Assembly: GCA_964057225.1 (NCBI GenBank)
Contig: OZ059896.1
Span: 18,476,001-18,540,000, forward strand
Length of the DNA: 64,000 bases
Direction: 5' to 3'
Source of the DNA: Auanema rhodensis
Taxonomy: Eukaryota; Animalia; Nematoda
Below are positions 27,156 through 41,600 of the stretch, piece after piece; positions within the stretch are counted from its first letter, which is position 1; each line of letters opens with the position of its first letter. The notes under the pieces are model-generated. The model did not search any database, was not told the DNA's origin, and saw nothing but the letters and a program-made list of their open reading frames with translations. Position numbers and translations under genes: made by a program.

Positions 27156-30100
27156 GGTCAATAATAATTGGTTCACTATCACCACAGATAAGATTTGTTT
27201 TTATTATGAAAATGGGGATTTCTTGGAGAATAGCAATAAAAGTAATATTATTTTGAAGATATTCAGGAATGATCATCGAGAGTTTCCATCTTTTTATAGA
27301 GAACTTGTTTACATTCAACAGTATGTTTACAAAACTGTTAGCTGGACGGCCGGTTCAATGTTTTTTGATGTTTTTTCATTTTTATCATTCAATTTTTTGA
27401 AAATTTATCAATGTAGTCAAGATGATTCTCTGGAAGTAATCCCGAATTGAGAAGAAATGAAAACAGGCAAACGAATTTTTACTGTGTCAAAGAAAAATAT
27501 CAGTATTTTTGCTAGTAATACTCGTGATTGTTTCGCACTCTGGACCGGCAATTGTAACATAACGATCATTTGCTCTATATATGTTTATATTTTTTTATTT
27601 TGTTTTAGTCAATAATAAGCGGTTCACTATCACCACAGATAAGATATGTTTTGTTTATGAAAATGGGGAATTCTTGGGAAATGGCAATGAAAGTAATATT
27701 ATTTTAAAAATATTCAGGAATGATCATCGAGAGTTTCCATCTTTTTATAGAGAACTTGTTTACATTTAACAATATGTTCACAAAATTGTTAGCTGGACGG
27801 CCAATTCAATTCTTCAGATGTTTTTCTATTTTTATTATAATTTTTAGATATTAATCAATGTAGTCAAGATGATTCTTTAAAAGTATTCCCAAAATTAGGA
27901 GAAATGAGAGCAGGCAAACAAATGTTTACTGTGTCAAAGGAAAACATCAATACTTTTGCTAGCAATACTCGTGATTGTTCCGCACTCTGGACCGGCAATT
28001 GTAATATAGCGATCATTTACTCTATATAGGTATACGATATATTTTGCTCCATATATGTTTATATTTTTTTATTCTGTTTTGGTCAACAATAAGTGGTTCA
28101 CTATCACCACAGATAAGATATCTTTTTGTAATTAAAAAGAGGAATTCTTGGAGAATAGTAATGAAATTAATATTATTTTAAAAATATTCAGGATTGATCA
28201 TCGAGAGTTTTCAGCTTTTTATAGAGAACTTGTTTACATTCAACAGTATGTTCACAAAACTGTAAGCTGGACGGCCGGTCCAATGTTTTTTGATGTTTTT
28301 TTATTTTTATCATTCAATTTTTCGAAAATTTACCAATGTAGTCAAGATGATTCTCTGAAAGTATTCCCAAATTTAGAAAAAATGAAAGCAGGCAAACAAA
28401 TTTTTACTGTGTCAAAGGTAAACATGAGTACTTTTGCTAGCAATACTCGTGATTGTTCCGCACTCTGGACCGGAAATTGTAATATAGCCATCATTTACTC
28501 TATATAGGTATACGATTCATTTGCTCCTTATATATTTATATTTTTTTTATTCTGTATTGGTCTATAATAAGGGGTTCACTATCACAACAGATGAGATATA
28601 TTTTTATTATGAAAATAGGGAATTCTTGGAGAATAGTAATGAAATTAATATTATTTTAAAAATATTCAGGATTGATCATCAAGAGTTTTCATCTTTTTAT
28701 AGAGAACTTGTTTACATTCAACAGTATGTTCACAAAACTGTAAGCTGGACGGCCGGTTCAATGTTTTTTGATGTTTTTTTATTTTTATCATTCAATTTTT
28801 CGAAAATTTACCAATGTAGTCAAGATGATTCTCTGAAAGTATTCCCAAATTTAGAAAAAATGAAAGCAGGCAAACAAATTTTTACTGTGTCAAAGGTAAA
28901 CATGAGTACTTTTGCTAGCAATACTCGTGATTGTTTCGCACTCTGGACCGGAAATTGTAATATAGCCATCATTTACTCTATATAGGTATACGATTCATTT
29001 GCTCCATATATATTTATATTTTTTTATTTCGTTTTGGTCTATAATAAGGGGTTCACTATCACAACAGATGAGATATATTTTTATTATGAAAATAGGGAAT
29101 TCTTGGAGAATAGTAATGAAATTAATATTATTTTAAAAACATTCAGGATTGATCATCAAGAGTTTTCATCTTTTTATAGAGAACTTGTTTACATTCAACA
29201 GTATGTTCACAAAACTGTAAGCTGGACGGCCGGTTCAATGTTTTTCGATGTTTTTTTATTTTTCTCATTCAATTTTTCGAAATATTACCAATGTAGTCAA
29301 GATGATTCTCTGAAAGTATTCCCAAATTTAGAAAAAATGAAAACAGGCAAACAAATTTTCACTGTGTCAAAGGTAAACATCAGTACTTTTGCTAGCAATA
29401 CTCGTGATTGTTTCGCACTCTGGACCGGAAATTGTAATATAGCGATCATTTACTCTATATAGGTACACGATTTATTTGCTCCTTATAAGTTCGTATTTTT
29501 TTATTCTGTTTTGGTCAATAATAATTGGTTCACTATCACCACAGATAAGATTTGTTTTTATTATGAAAATGGGGATTTCTTGGAGAATAGCAATAAAAGT
29601 AATATTATTTTGAAGATATTCAGGAATGATCATCGAGAGTTTCCATCTTTTTATAGAGAACTTGTTTACATTCAACAGTATGTTTACAAAACTGTTAGCT
29701 GGACGGCCGGTTCAATGTTTTTTGATGTTTTTTCATTTTTATCATTCAATTTTTTGAAAATTTATCAATGTAGTCAAGATGATTCTCTGGAAGTAATCCC
29801 GAATTGAGAAGAAATGAAAACAGGCAAACGAATTTTTACTGTGTCAAAGAAAAATATCAGTATTTTTGCTAGTAATACTCGTGATTGTTTCGCACTCTGG
29901 ACCGGCAATTGTAACATAACGATCATTTGCTCTATATATGTTTATATTTTTTTATTTTGTTTTAGTCAATAATAAGCGGTTCACTATCACCACAGATAAG
30001 ATATGTTTTGTTTATGAAAATGGGGAATTCTTGGGAAATGGCAATGAAAGTAATATTATTTTAAAAATATTCAGGAATGATCATCGAGAGTTTCCATCTT

Positions 30101-30815
30101 TTTATAGAGAACTTGTTTACATTTAACAATATGTTCACAAAATTGTTAGCTGGACGGCCAATTCAATTCTTCAGATGTTTTTCTATTTTTATTATAATTT
30201 TTAGATATTAATCAATGTAGTCAAGATGATTCTTTAAAAGTATTCCCAAAATTAGGAGAAATGAGAGCAGGCAAACAAATGTTTACTGTGTCAAAGGAAA
30301 ACATCAATACTTTTGCTAGCAATACTCGTAATTGTTTCGCACTCTGGACCGGCAATTGTAATATAGCGATCATTTACTCTATATAGGTATACGATATATT
30401 TTGCTCCATATATGTTTATATTTTTTTATTCTGTTTTGGTCAACAATAAGTGGTTCACTATCACCACAGATAAGATATCTTTTTGTAATAAAAATGAGGA
30501 ATTCTTGGAGAATAGTAATGAAATTAATATTATTTTAAAAATATTCAGGATTGATCATCGAGAGTTTTCAGCTTTTTATAGAGAACTTGTTTACATTCAA
30601 CAGTATGTTCACAAAACTGTAAGCTGGACGGCCGGTCCAATGTTTTTTGATGTTTTTTTATTTTTATCATTCAATTTTTCGAAAATTTACCAATGTAGTC
30701 AAGATGATTCTCTGAAAGTATTCCCAAATTTAGAAAAAATGAAAGCAGGCAAACAAATTTTTACTGTGTCAAAGGTAAACATGAGTACTTTTGCTAGCAA
30801 TACTCGTGATTGTTC

Positions 30816-33800
30816 CGCACTCTGGACCGGAAATTGTAATATAGCCATCATTTACTCTATATAGGTATACGATTCATTTGCTCCTTATATATTTATATTT
30901 TTTTTATTCTGTATTGGTCTATAATAAGGGGTTCACTATCACAACAGATGAGATATATTTTTATTATGAAAATAGGGAATTCTTGGAGAATAGTAATGAA
31001 ATTAATATTATTTTAAAAATATTCAGGATTGATCATCAAGAGTTTTCATCTTTTTATAGAGAACTTGTTTACATTCAACAGTATGTTCACAAAACTGTAA
31101 GCTGGACGGCCGGTTCAATGTTTTTTGATGTTTTTTTATTTTTATCATTCAATTTTTCGAAAATTTACCAATGTAGTCAAGATGATTCTCTGAAAGTATT
31201 CCCAAATTTAGAAAAAATGAAAGCAGGCAAACAAATTTTTACTGTGTCAAAGGTAAACATGAGTACTTTTGCTAGCAATACTCGTGATTGTTTCGCACTC
31301 TGGACCGGAAATTGTAATATAGCCATCATTTACTCTATATATGTTTATATTTTTTTATTTCGTTTTGGTCTATAATAAGGGGTTCACTATCACAACAGAT
31401 GAGATATATTTTTATTATGAAAATAGGGAATTCTTGGAGAATAGTAATGAAATTAATTTTATTTTAAAAATATTCAGGATTGATCATCAAGAGTTTTCAT
31501 CTTTTTATAGAGAACTTGTTTACATTCAACAGTATGTTCACAAAACTGTAAGCTGGACGGCCGGTTCAATGTTTTTTGATGTTTTTTTATTTTTATCATT
31601 TAATTTTTCGAAAATTTACCAATGTAGTCAAGATGATTCTCTGAAAGTATTCCCAAATTTAGAAAAAATGAAAGCAGGCAAACAAATTTTTACTGTGTCA
31701 AAGGTAAACATGAGTACTTTTGCTAGCAATACTCGTGATTGTTTCGCACTCTGGACCGGAAATTGTAATATAGCCATCATTTACTCTATATAGGTATACG
31801 ATTCATTTGCTCCATATATATTTATATTTTTTTATTTCGTTTTGGTCTATAATAAGGGGTTCACTATCACAACAGATGAGATATATTTTTATTATGAAAA
31901 TAGGGAATTCTTGGAGAATAGTAATGAAATTAATATTATTTTAAAAACATTCAGGATTGATCATCAAGAGTTTTCATCTTTTTATAAAGAACTTGTTTAC
32001 ATTCAACAGTATGTTCACAAAACTGTAAGCTGGACGGCCGGTTCAATGTTTTTCGATGTTTTTTTATTTTTCTCATTCAATTTTTCGAAAATTTACCAAT
32101 GTAGTCAAGATGATTCTCTGAAAGTATTCCCAAATTTAAAAAAAATGAAAGCAGGCAAACAAATTTTTACTGTGTCAAAGGTAAACATGAGTACTTTTGC
32201 TAGCAATACTCGTGATTGTTCCGCACTCTGGACCGGAAATTGTAATATAGCGATCATTTACTCTATATAGGTATACGATTCATTTGCTCCATATATATTT
32301 ATATTTTTTTATTCTGTATTGGTCAATAATAAGTGGTTCACTATCACCACAGATAAGATATCTTTTTATTATGAAAATGGGGACTTCTTGGAGAATGGCA
32401 ATGAAATAAATATTATTTTAAAAATATTCAGGAATGATCATCGAGAGTTTCCATATTTTTATAGAGAACTTGTTTACATTTAACAGTATGTTCACAAAAC
32501 TGTAAGCTGGACGGCCGGTTCAATGTTTTTTGATGTTTTTTTATTTTTATCATTCAATTTTTCGAAAATTTACCAATGTAGTCAAGATGATTCTCTGGAT
32601 GTATTCCCAAATTTAGAAAAAATGAAAGCAGGCAAACTAATTTTTACTGTGTCAAAGAAAAATATCAGTATTTTTGCTAGCAATACTCGTGATTGTTTCG
32701 CACTCTGGACCGGCAATTGTAACATAACGATGATTTGCTCTATATATGTTTATATTTTTTTATTTTGTTTTAGTCAATAATAAGCGGTTCACTATCACCA
32801 CAGATAAGATATGTTTTCTTTATGAAAATGGGGAATTCTTGGAGAATGGCAATGAAAGTAATATTATTTTGAAGATATTCAGGAATGATCATCGAGAGTT
32901 TCCATCTTTTTATAGAGAACTTGTTTACATTCAACAGTATGTTCACAAAACTGTTAGCTGGACGGCCGGTTCAATGTTTTTTGATGTTTTTTCATTTTTA
33001 TCATTCAATTTTTTGAAAATTTATCAATGTAGTCAAGATGATTCTCTGGAAGTAATCCCGAATTGAGAAAAAATGAAAACAGGCAAACGAATTTTTACTG
33101 TGTCAAAGAAAAATATCAGTATTTTTGCTAGCAATACTCGTGATTGTTTCGCACTCTGGACCGGCAATTGTAACATAACGATCATTTGCTCTATATATGT
33201 TTATATTTTTTTATTTTGTTTTAGTCAATAATAAGCGGTTCACTATCACCACAGATAAGATATGTTTTCTTTATGAAAATGGGGAATTCTTGGAGAATGG
33301 CAATGAAAGTAATATTATTTTAAAAATATTCAGGAATGATCATCGAGAGTTTCCATCTTTTTATAGAGAACTTGTTTACATTTAACAGTATGTTCACAAA
33401 ATTGTTAGCTGGACGGCCAATTCAATTCTTCAGATGTTTTTCTATTTTTATTATAATTTATAGATATTAATCAATGTAGTCAAGATGATTCGCTGAAAGT
33501 ATTCCCAAATTTAGAAGAAATGAGAGCAGGCAAACAAATGTTTACTGTGTCAAAGGTAAACATGAGTACTTTTGCTAGCAATACTCGTGATTGTTTCGCA
33601 CTCTGGACCGGAAATTGTAATATAGCCATCATTTACTCTATATAGGTATACGATTCATTTGCTCCTTATATATTTATATTTTTTTTATTCTGTATTGGTC
33701 TATAATAAGGGGTTCACTATCACAACAGATGAGATATATTTTTATTATGAAAATAGGGAATTCTTGGAGAATAGTAATGAAATTAATATTATTTTAAAAA

Positions 33801-36446
33801 TATTCAGGATTGATCATCAAGAGTTTTCATCTTTTTATAGAGAACTTGTTTACATTCAACAGTATGTTCACAAAACTGTAAGCTGGACGGCCGGTTCAAT
33901 GTTTTTTGATGTTTTTTTATTTTTATCATTCAATTTTTCGAAAATTTACCAATGTAGTCAAGATGATTCTCTGAAAGTATTCCCAAATTTAGAAAAAATG
34001 AAAGCAGGCAAACAAATTTTTACTGTGTCAAAGGTAAACATGAGTACTTTTGCTAGCAATACTCGTGATTGTTTCGCACTCTGGACCGGAAATTGTAATA
34101 TAGCCATCATTTACTCTATATATGTTTATATTTTTTTATTTCGTTTTGGTCTATAATAAGGGGTTCACTATCACAACAGATGAGATATATTTTTATTATG
34201 AAAATAGGGAATTCTTGGAGAATAGTAATGAAATTAATTTTATTTTAAAAATATTCAGGATTGATCATCAAGAGTTTTCATCTTTTTATAGAGAACTTGT
34301 TTACATTCAACAGTATGTTCACAAAACTGTAAGCTGGACGGCCGGTTCAATGTTTTTTGATGTTTTTTTATTTTTATCATTTAATTTTTCGAAAATTTAC
34401 CAATGTAGTCAAGATGATTCTCTGAAAGTATTCCCAAATTTAGAAAAAATGAAAGCAGGCAAACAAATTTTTACTGTGTCAAAGGTAAACATGAGTACTT
34501 TTGCTAGCAATACTCGTGATTGTTTCGCACTCTGGACCGGAAATTGTAATATAGCCATCATTTACTCTATATAGGTATACGATTCATTTGCTCCATATAT
34601 ATTTATATTTTTTTATTTCGTTTTGGTCTATAATAAGGGGTTCACTATCACAACAGATGAGATATATTTTTATTATGAAAATAGGGAATTCTTGGAGAAT
34701 AGTAATGAAATTAATATTATTTTAAAAACATTCAGGATTGATCATCAAGAGTTTTCATCTTTTTATAAAGAACTTGTTTACATTCAACAGTATGTTCACA
34801 AAACTGTAAGCTGGACGGCCGGTTCAATGTTTTTCGATGTTTTTTTATTTTTCTCATTCAATTTTTCGAAAATTTACCAATGTAGTCAAGATGATTCTCT
34901 GAAAGTATTCCCAAATTTAAAAAAAATGAAAGCAGGCAAACAAATTTTTACTGTGTCAAAGGTAAACATGAGTACTTTTGCTAGCAATACTCGTGATTGT
35001 TCCGCACTCTGGACCGGAAATTGTAATATAGCGATCATTTACTCTATATAGGTATACGATTCATTTGCTCCATATATATTTATATTTTTTTATTCTGTAT
35101 TGGTCAATAATAAGTGGTTCACTATCACCACAGATAAGATATCTTTTTATTATGAAAATGGGGACTTCTTGGAGAATGGCAATGAAATAAATATTATTTT
35201 AAAAATATTCAGGAATGATCATCGAGAGTTTCCATATTTTTATAGAGAACTTGTTTACATTTAACAGTATGTTCACAAAACTGTAAGCTGGACGGCCGGT
35301 TCAATGTTTTTTGATGTTTTTTTATTTTTATCATTCAATTTTTCGAAAATTTACCAATGTAGTCAAGATGATTCTCTGGATGTATTCCCAAATTTAGAAA
35401 AAATGAAAGCAGGCAAACTAATTTTTACTGTGTCAAAGAAAAATATCAGTATTTTTGCTAGCAATACTCGTGATTGTTTCGCACTCTGGACCGGCAATTG
35501 TAACATAACGATGATTTGCTCTATATATGTTTATATTTTTTTATTTTGTTTTAGTCAATAATAAGCGGTTCACTATCACCACAGATAAGATATGTTTTCT
35601 TTATGAAAATGGGGAATTCTTGGAGAATGGCAATGAAAGTAATATTATTTTGAAGATATTCAGGAATGATCATCGAGAGTTTCCATCTTTTTATAGAGAA
35701 CTTGTTTACATTCAACAGTATGTTCACAAAACTGTTAGCTGGACGGCCGGTTCAATGTTTTTTGATGTTTTTTCATTTTTATCATTCAATTTTTTGAAAA
35801 TTTATCAATGTAGTCAAGATGATTCTCTGGAAGTAATCACGAATTGAGAAAAAATGAAAACAGGCAAACGAATTTTTACTGTGTCAAAGAAAAATATCAG
35901 TATTTTTGCTAGCAATACTCGTGATTGTTTCGCACTCTGGACCGGCAATTGTAACATAACGATCATTTGCTCTATATATGTTTATATTTTTTTATTTTGT
36001 TTTAGTCAATAATAAGCGGTTCACTATCACCACAGATAAGATATGTTTTCTTTATGAAAATGGGGAATTCTTGGAGAATGGCAATGAAAGTAATATTATT
36101 TTAAAAATATTCAGGAATGATCATCGAGAGTTTCCATCTTTTTATAGAGAACTTGTTTACATTTAACAGTATGTTCACAAAATTGTTAGCTGGACGGCCA
36201 ATTCAATTCTTCAGATGTTTTTCTATTTTTATTATAATTTATAGATATTAATCAATGTAGTCAAGATGATTCGCTGAAAGTATTCCCAAATTTAGAAGAA
36301 ATGAGAGCAGGCAAACAAATGTTTACTGTGTCAAAGGTAAACATGAGTACTTTTGCTAGCAATACTCGTGATTGTTTCGCACTCTGGACCGGAAATTGTA
36401 ATATAGCCATCATTTACTCTATATAGGTATACGATTCATTTGCTCC
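30816..36446 (+). repeat. 2781-bp 6-mer higher-order repeat, 2 copies
   Basis: ORF pairs 30878/33659, 31341/34122, 31842/34623, 32523/35304, 32746/35527, 33197/35978. Confidence 0.93.
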
Positions 36447-38620
36447 ATATATATTTATATTTTTTCATTTCGTTTTGGTCTATAATAAGGGGTTCACTAT
36501 CACAACAGATGAGATATATTTTTATTATGAAAATAGGGAATTCTTGGAGAATAGTAATGAAATTAATATTATTTTAAAAATATTCAGGATTGATCATCAA
36601 GAGTTTTCATCTTTTTATAGAGAACTTGTTTACATTCAACAGTATGTTTACAAAACTGTAAGCTGGACGGCCGGTCTAATGTTTTTTGATGTTTTTTTAT
36701 TTTTATCATTCAATTTTTCGAAAATTTACCAATGTAGTCAAGATGATTCTCTGAAAGTATTCCCAAATTTAGAAAAAATGAAAGCAGGCAAACAAATTTT
36801 TACTGTGTCAAAGGTAAACATGAGTACTTTTGCTAGCAATACTCGTGATTGTTCCGCACTCTGGACCGGAAATTGTAATATAGCGATCATTTACTCTATA
36901 TAGGTATACGATTCATTTGCTCCATATATATTTATATTTTTTTATTCTGTATTGGTCAATAATAAGTGGTTCACTATCACCACAGATAAGATATCTTTTT
37001 ATTATGAAAATGGGGACTTCTTGGAGAATGGCAATGAAATAAATATTATTTTAAAAATATTCAGGAATGATCATCGAGAGTTTCCATATTTTTATAGAGA
37101 ACTTGTTTACATTTAACAGTATGTTCACAAAACTGTAAGCTGGACGGCCGGTTCAATGTTTTTTGATGTTTTTTTATTTTTATCATTCAATTTTTCGAAA
37201 ATTTACCAATGTAGTCAAGATGATTCTCTGGATGTATTCCCAAATTTAGAAAAAATGAAAGCAGGCAAACTAATTTTTACTGTGTCAAAGAAAAATATCA
37301 GTATTTTTGCTAGCAATACTCGTGATTGTTTCGCACTCTGGACCGGCAATTGTAACATAACGATGATTTGCTCTATATATGTTTATATTTTTTTATTTTG
37401 TTTTAGTCAATAATAAGCGGTTCACTATCACCACAGATAAGATATGTTTTCTTTATGAAAATGGGGAATTCTTGGAGAATGGCAATGAAAGTAATATTAT
37501 TTTGAAGATATTCAGGAATGATCATCGAGAGTTTCCATCTTTTTATAGAGAACTTGTTTACATTCAACAGTATGTTCACAAAACTGTTAGCTGGACGGCC
37601 GGTTCAATGTTTTTTGATGTTTTTTCATTTTTATCATTCAATTTTTTGAAAATTTATCAATGTAGTCAAGATGATTCTCTGGAAGTAATCCCGAATTGAG
37701 AAAAAATGAAAACAGGCAAACGAATTTTTACTGTGTCAAAGAAAAATATCAGTATTTTTGCTAGCAATACTCGTGATTGTTTCGCACTCTGGACCGGCAA
37801 TTGTAACATAACGATCATTTGCTCTATATATGTTTATATTTTTTTATTTTGTTTTAGTCAATAATAAGCGGTTCACTATCACCACAGATAAGATATGTTT
37901 TCTTTATGAAAATGGGGAATTCTTGGAGAATGGCAATGAAAGTAATATTATTTTAAAAATATTCAGGAATGATCATCGAGAGTTTCCATCTTTTTATAGA
38001 GAACTTGTTTACATTTAACAGTATGTTCACAAAATTGTTAGCTGGACGGCCAATTCAATTCTTCAGATGTTTTTCTATTTTTATTATAATTTATAGATAT
38101 TAATCAATGTAGTCAAGATGATTCGCTGAAAGTATTCCCAAATTTAGAAGAAATGAGAGCAGGCAAACAAATGTTTACTGTGTCAAAGGTAAACATGAGT
38201 ACTTTTGCTAGCAATACTCGTGATTGTTTCGCACTCTGGACCGGAAATTGTAATATAGCCATCATTTACTCTATATAGGTATACGATTCATTTGCTCCAT
38301 ATATATTTATATTTTTTCATTTCGTTTTGGTCTATAATAAGGGGTTCACTATCACAACAGATGAGATATATTTTTATTATGAAAATAGGGAATTCTTGGA
38401 GAATAGTAATGAAATTAATATTATTTTAAAAATATTCAGGATTGATCATCAAGAGTTTTCATCTTTTTATAGAGAACTTGTTTACATTCAACAGTATGTT
38501 CACAAAACTGTAAGCTGGACGGCCGGTCTAATGTTTTTTGATGTTTTTTTATTTTTATCATTCAATTTTTCGAAAATTTACCAATGTAGTCAAGATGATT
38601 CTCTGAAAGTATTCCCAAAT
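34921..38620 (+). repeat. 1852-bp 4-mer higher-order repeat, 2 copies
   Basis: ORF pairs 35304/37156, 35527/37379, 35978/37830, 36475/38327. Monomer lengths 451+451+473+477. Confidence 0.9.
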
Positions 38621-41600
38621 TTCGAAAAAATGAAAGCAGGCAAACAAATTTTTACTGTGTCAAAGGTGAACATGAGTACTTTTGCTAGCAATACTCGTGA
38701 TTGTTTCGCACTCTGGACCGGAAATTGTAATATAGCTATCATTTACTCTCTATAGGTATACGATTCATTTGCTCCATATATATTTATATTTTTTTATTTC
38801 GTTTTGGTCTATAATAAGGGGTTCACTATCACAACAGATGAGATATATTTTTATTATGAAAATAGGGAATTCTTGGAGAATAGTAATGAAATTAATATTA
38901 TTTTGAAAATATTCAGGATTGATCATCAAGAGTTTTCATCTTTTTATAGAGAACTTGTTTACATTCAACAGTATGTTCACAAAACTGTAAGCTGGACGGC
39001 CGGTTCAATGTTTTTCGATGTTTTTTTATTTTTCTCATTCAATTTTTCGAAAATTTACTAATGTAGTCAAGATGATTCTCTGAAAGTATTCCCAAATTTA
39101 GAAAAAATGAAAACAGGCAAACAAATTTTCACTGTGTCAAAGGTAAACATCAGTACTTTTGCTAGCAATACTCGTGATTGTTTCGCACTCTGGACCGGAA
39201 ATTGTAATATAGCGATCATTTACTCTATATAGGTATACGATTCATTTGCTCCATATATATTTATATTTTTTTTTCTGTATTGGTCAATAATAAGTGGTTC
39301 ACTATCACCACAGATAAGATATCTTTTTATTATGAAAATGGGGACTTCTTGGAGAATGGCAATGAAAGTAATATTATTTTAAAAATATTCAGGAATGATC
39401 ATCGAGAGTTTCCATATTTTTATAGAGAACTTGTTTACATTTAACAGTATGTTCACAAAACTGTAAGCTGGACGGCCGGTTCAATGTTTTTTGATGTTTT
39501 TTTATTTTTATCATTCAATTTTTCGAAAATTTACCAATGTAGTCAAGATGATTCTCTGGATGTATTCCCAAATTTAGAAAAAATGAAAGCAGGCAAACTA
39601 ATTTTTACTGTGTCAAAGGTAAACATGAGTACTTTTGCTAGCAATACTCGTAATTGTTTCGCACTCTGGACCGGCACTGTAACATAGCGATCATTTACTC
39701 TATATAGGTACACGATTTATTTGCTCCATATAAGTTCGTATTTTTTTATTCTGTTTTGGTCAATAATAATTGGTTCACTATCACCACAGATAAGATTTGT
39801 TTTTATTATGAAAATGGGGAATTCTTGGAGAATAGCAATAAAAGTAATATTATTTTGAAGATATTCAGGAATGATCATCGAGAGTTTCCATCTTTTTATA
39901 GAGAACTTGTTTACATTCAACAGTATGTTTACAAAACTGTTAGCTGGACGGCCGGTTCAATGTTTTTTGATGTTTTTTCATTTTTATCATTCAATTTTTT
40001 GAAAATTTATCAATGTAGTCAAGATGATTCTCTGGATGTATTCCCAAATTTAGAAAAAATGAAAGCAGGCAAACTAATTTTTACTGTGTCAAAGGTAAAC
40101 ATGAGTACTTTTGCTAGCAATACTCGTAATTGTTTCGCACTCTGGACCGGCACTGTAACATAGCGATCATTTACTCTATATAGGTACACGATTTATTTGC
40201 TCCATATAAGTTCGTATTTTTTTATTCTGTTTTGGTCAATAATAATTGGTTCACTATCACCACAGATAAGATTTGTTTTTATTATGAAAATGGGGAATTC
40301 TTGGAGAATAGCAATAAAAGTAATATTATTTTGAAGATATTCAGGAATGATCATCGAGAGTTTCCATCTTTTTATAGAGAACTTGTTTACATTCAACAGT
40401 ATGTTTACAAAACTGTTAGCTGGACGGCCGGTTCAATGTTTTTTGATGTTTTTTCATTTTTATCATTCAATTTTTTGAAAATTTATCAATGTAGTCAAGA
40501 TGATTCTCTGGAAGTAATCCCGAATTGAGAAGAAATGAAAACAGGCAAACGAATTTTTACTGTGTCAAAGAAAAATATCAGTATTTTTGCTAGCAATACT
40601 CGTGATTGTTTCGCACTCTGGACCGGCAATTGTAACATAACGATCATTTGCTCTATATATGTTTATATTTTTTTATTTTGTTTTAGTCAATAATAAGCGG
40701 TTCACTATCACCACAGATAAGATATGTTTTGTTTATAAAAATGGGGAATTCTTGGAGAATGGCAATGAAAGTAATATTATTTTTAAAATATTCAGGAATG
40801 ATCATCGAGAGTTTCCATCTTTTTATAGAGAACTTGTTTACATTTAGCAGTATGTTCACAAAATTGTTAGCTGGACGGCCAATTCAATTCTTCAGATGTT
40901 TTTCTATTTTTATTATAATTTTTAGATATTAATCAATGTAGTCAAGATGATTCTTTAAAAGTATTCCCAAAATTAGAAGAAATGAGAGCAGGCAAACAAA
41001 TGTTCACTGTGTCAAAGGAAAACATCAATACTTTTGCTAGCAATACTCGTAATTGTTTCGCACTCTGGACCGGCAATTGTAATATAGCGATCATTTACTC
41101 TATATAGGTATACGATATATTTTGCTCCATATATGTTTATATTTTTTTATTCTGTTTTGGTCAACAATAAGTGGTTCACTATCACCACAGATAAGATATC
41201 TTTTTATTATGAAAATGGGGAATTCTTGGAGAATAGTAATGAAATTAATATTATTTTAAAAATATTCAGGATTGATCATCGAGAGTTTTCAGCTTTTTAT
41301 AGAGAACTTGTTTACATTCAACAGTATGTTCACAAAACTGTAAGCTGGACGGCCGGTCCAATGTTTTTTGATGTTTTTTTTATTTTTATCATTCAATTTT
41401 TCGAAAATTTACCAATGTAGTCAAGATGATTCTCTGAAAGTATTCCCAAATTTAGAAAAAATGAAAGCAGGCAAACAAATTTTTACTGTGTCAAAGGTAA
41501 ACATGAGTACTTTTGCTAGCAATACTCGTGATTGTTCCGCACTCTGGACCGGAAATTGTAATATAGCGATCATTTACTCTATATAGGTATACGATTCATT

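Larger units (their letters stand above)
24725..31341 (+). repeat. 2357-bp 5-mer higher-order repeat, about 2.8 copies
   Basis: ORF series 24797/27154/29511, 25224/27581/29938, 26164/28521/30878. Monomer lengths 451+474+477+478+477. Private variants TTGGGAAATGG, AACAATATG and TTAGGAGAA. Confidence 0.93.

Noticed and set aside
40841-40850. Alternative genetic code (TAA/TAG = Gln) making the array a giant repeat protein, since common stops replace CAA codons (VYI*, KIY*)
   Set aside because: CAA>TAA is an ordinary transition. In-frame TGA replaces TTA in a whole monomer type, other stops arise from TTA, GAA and TGG, and the 451-, 476-, 478-, 139- and 398-bp units break the frame regardless of code.
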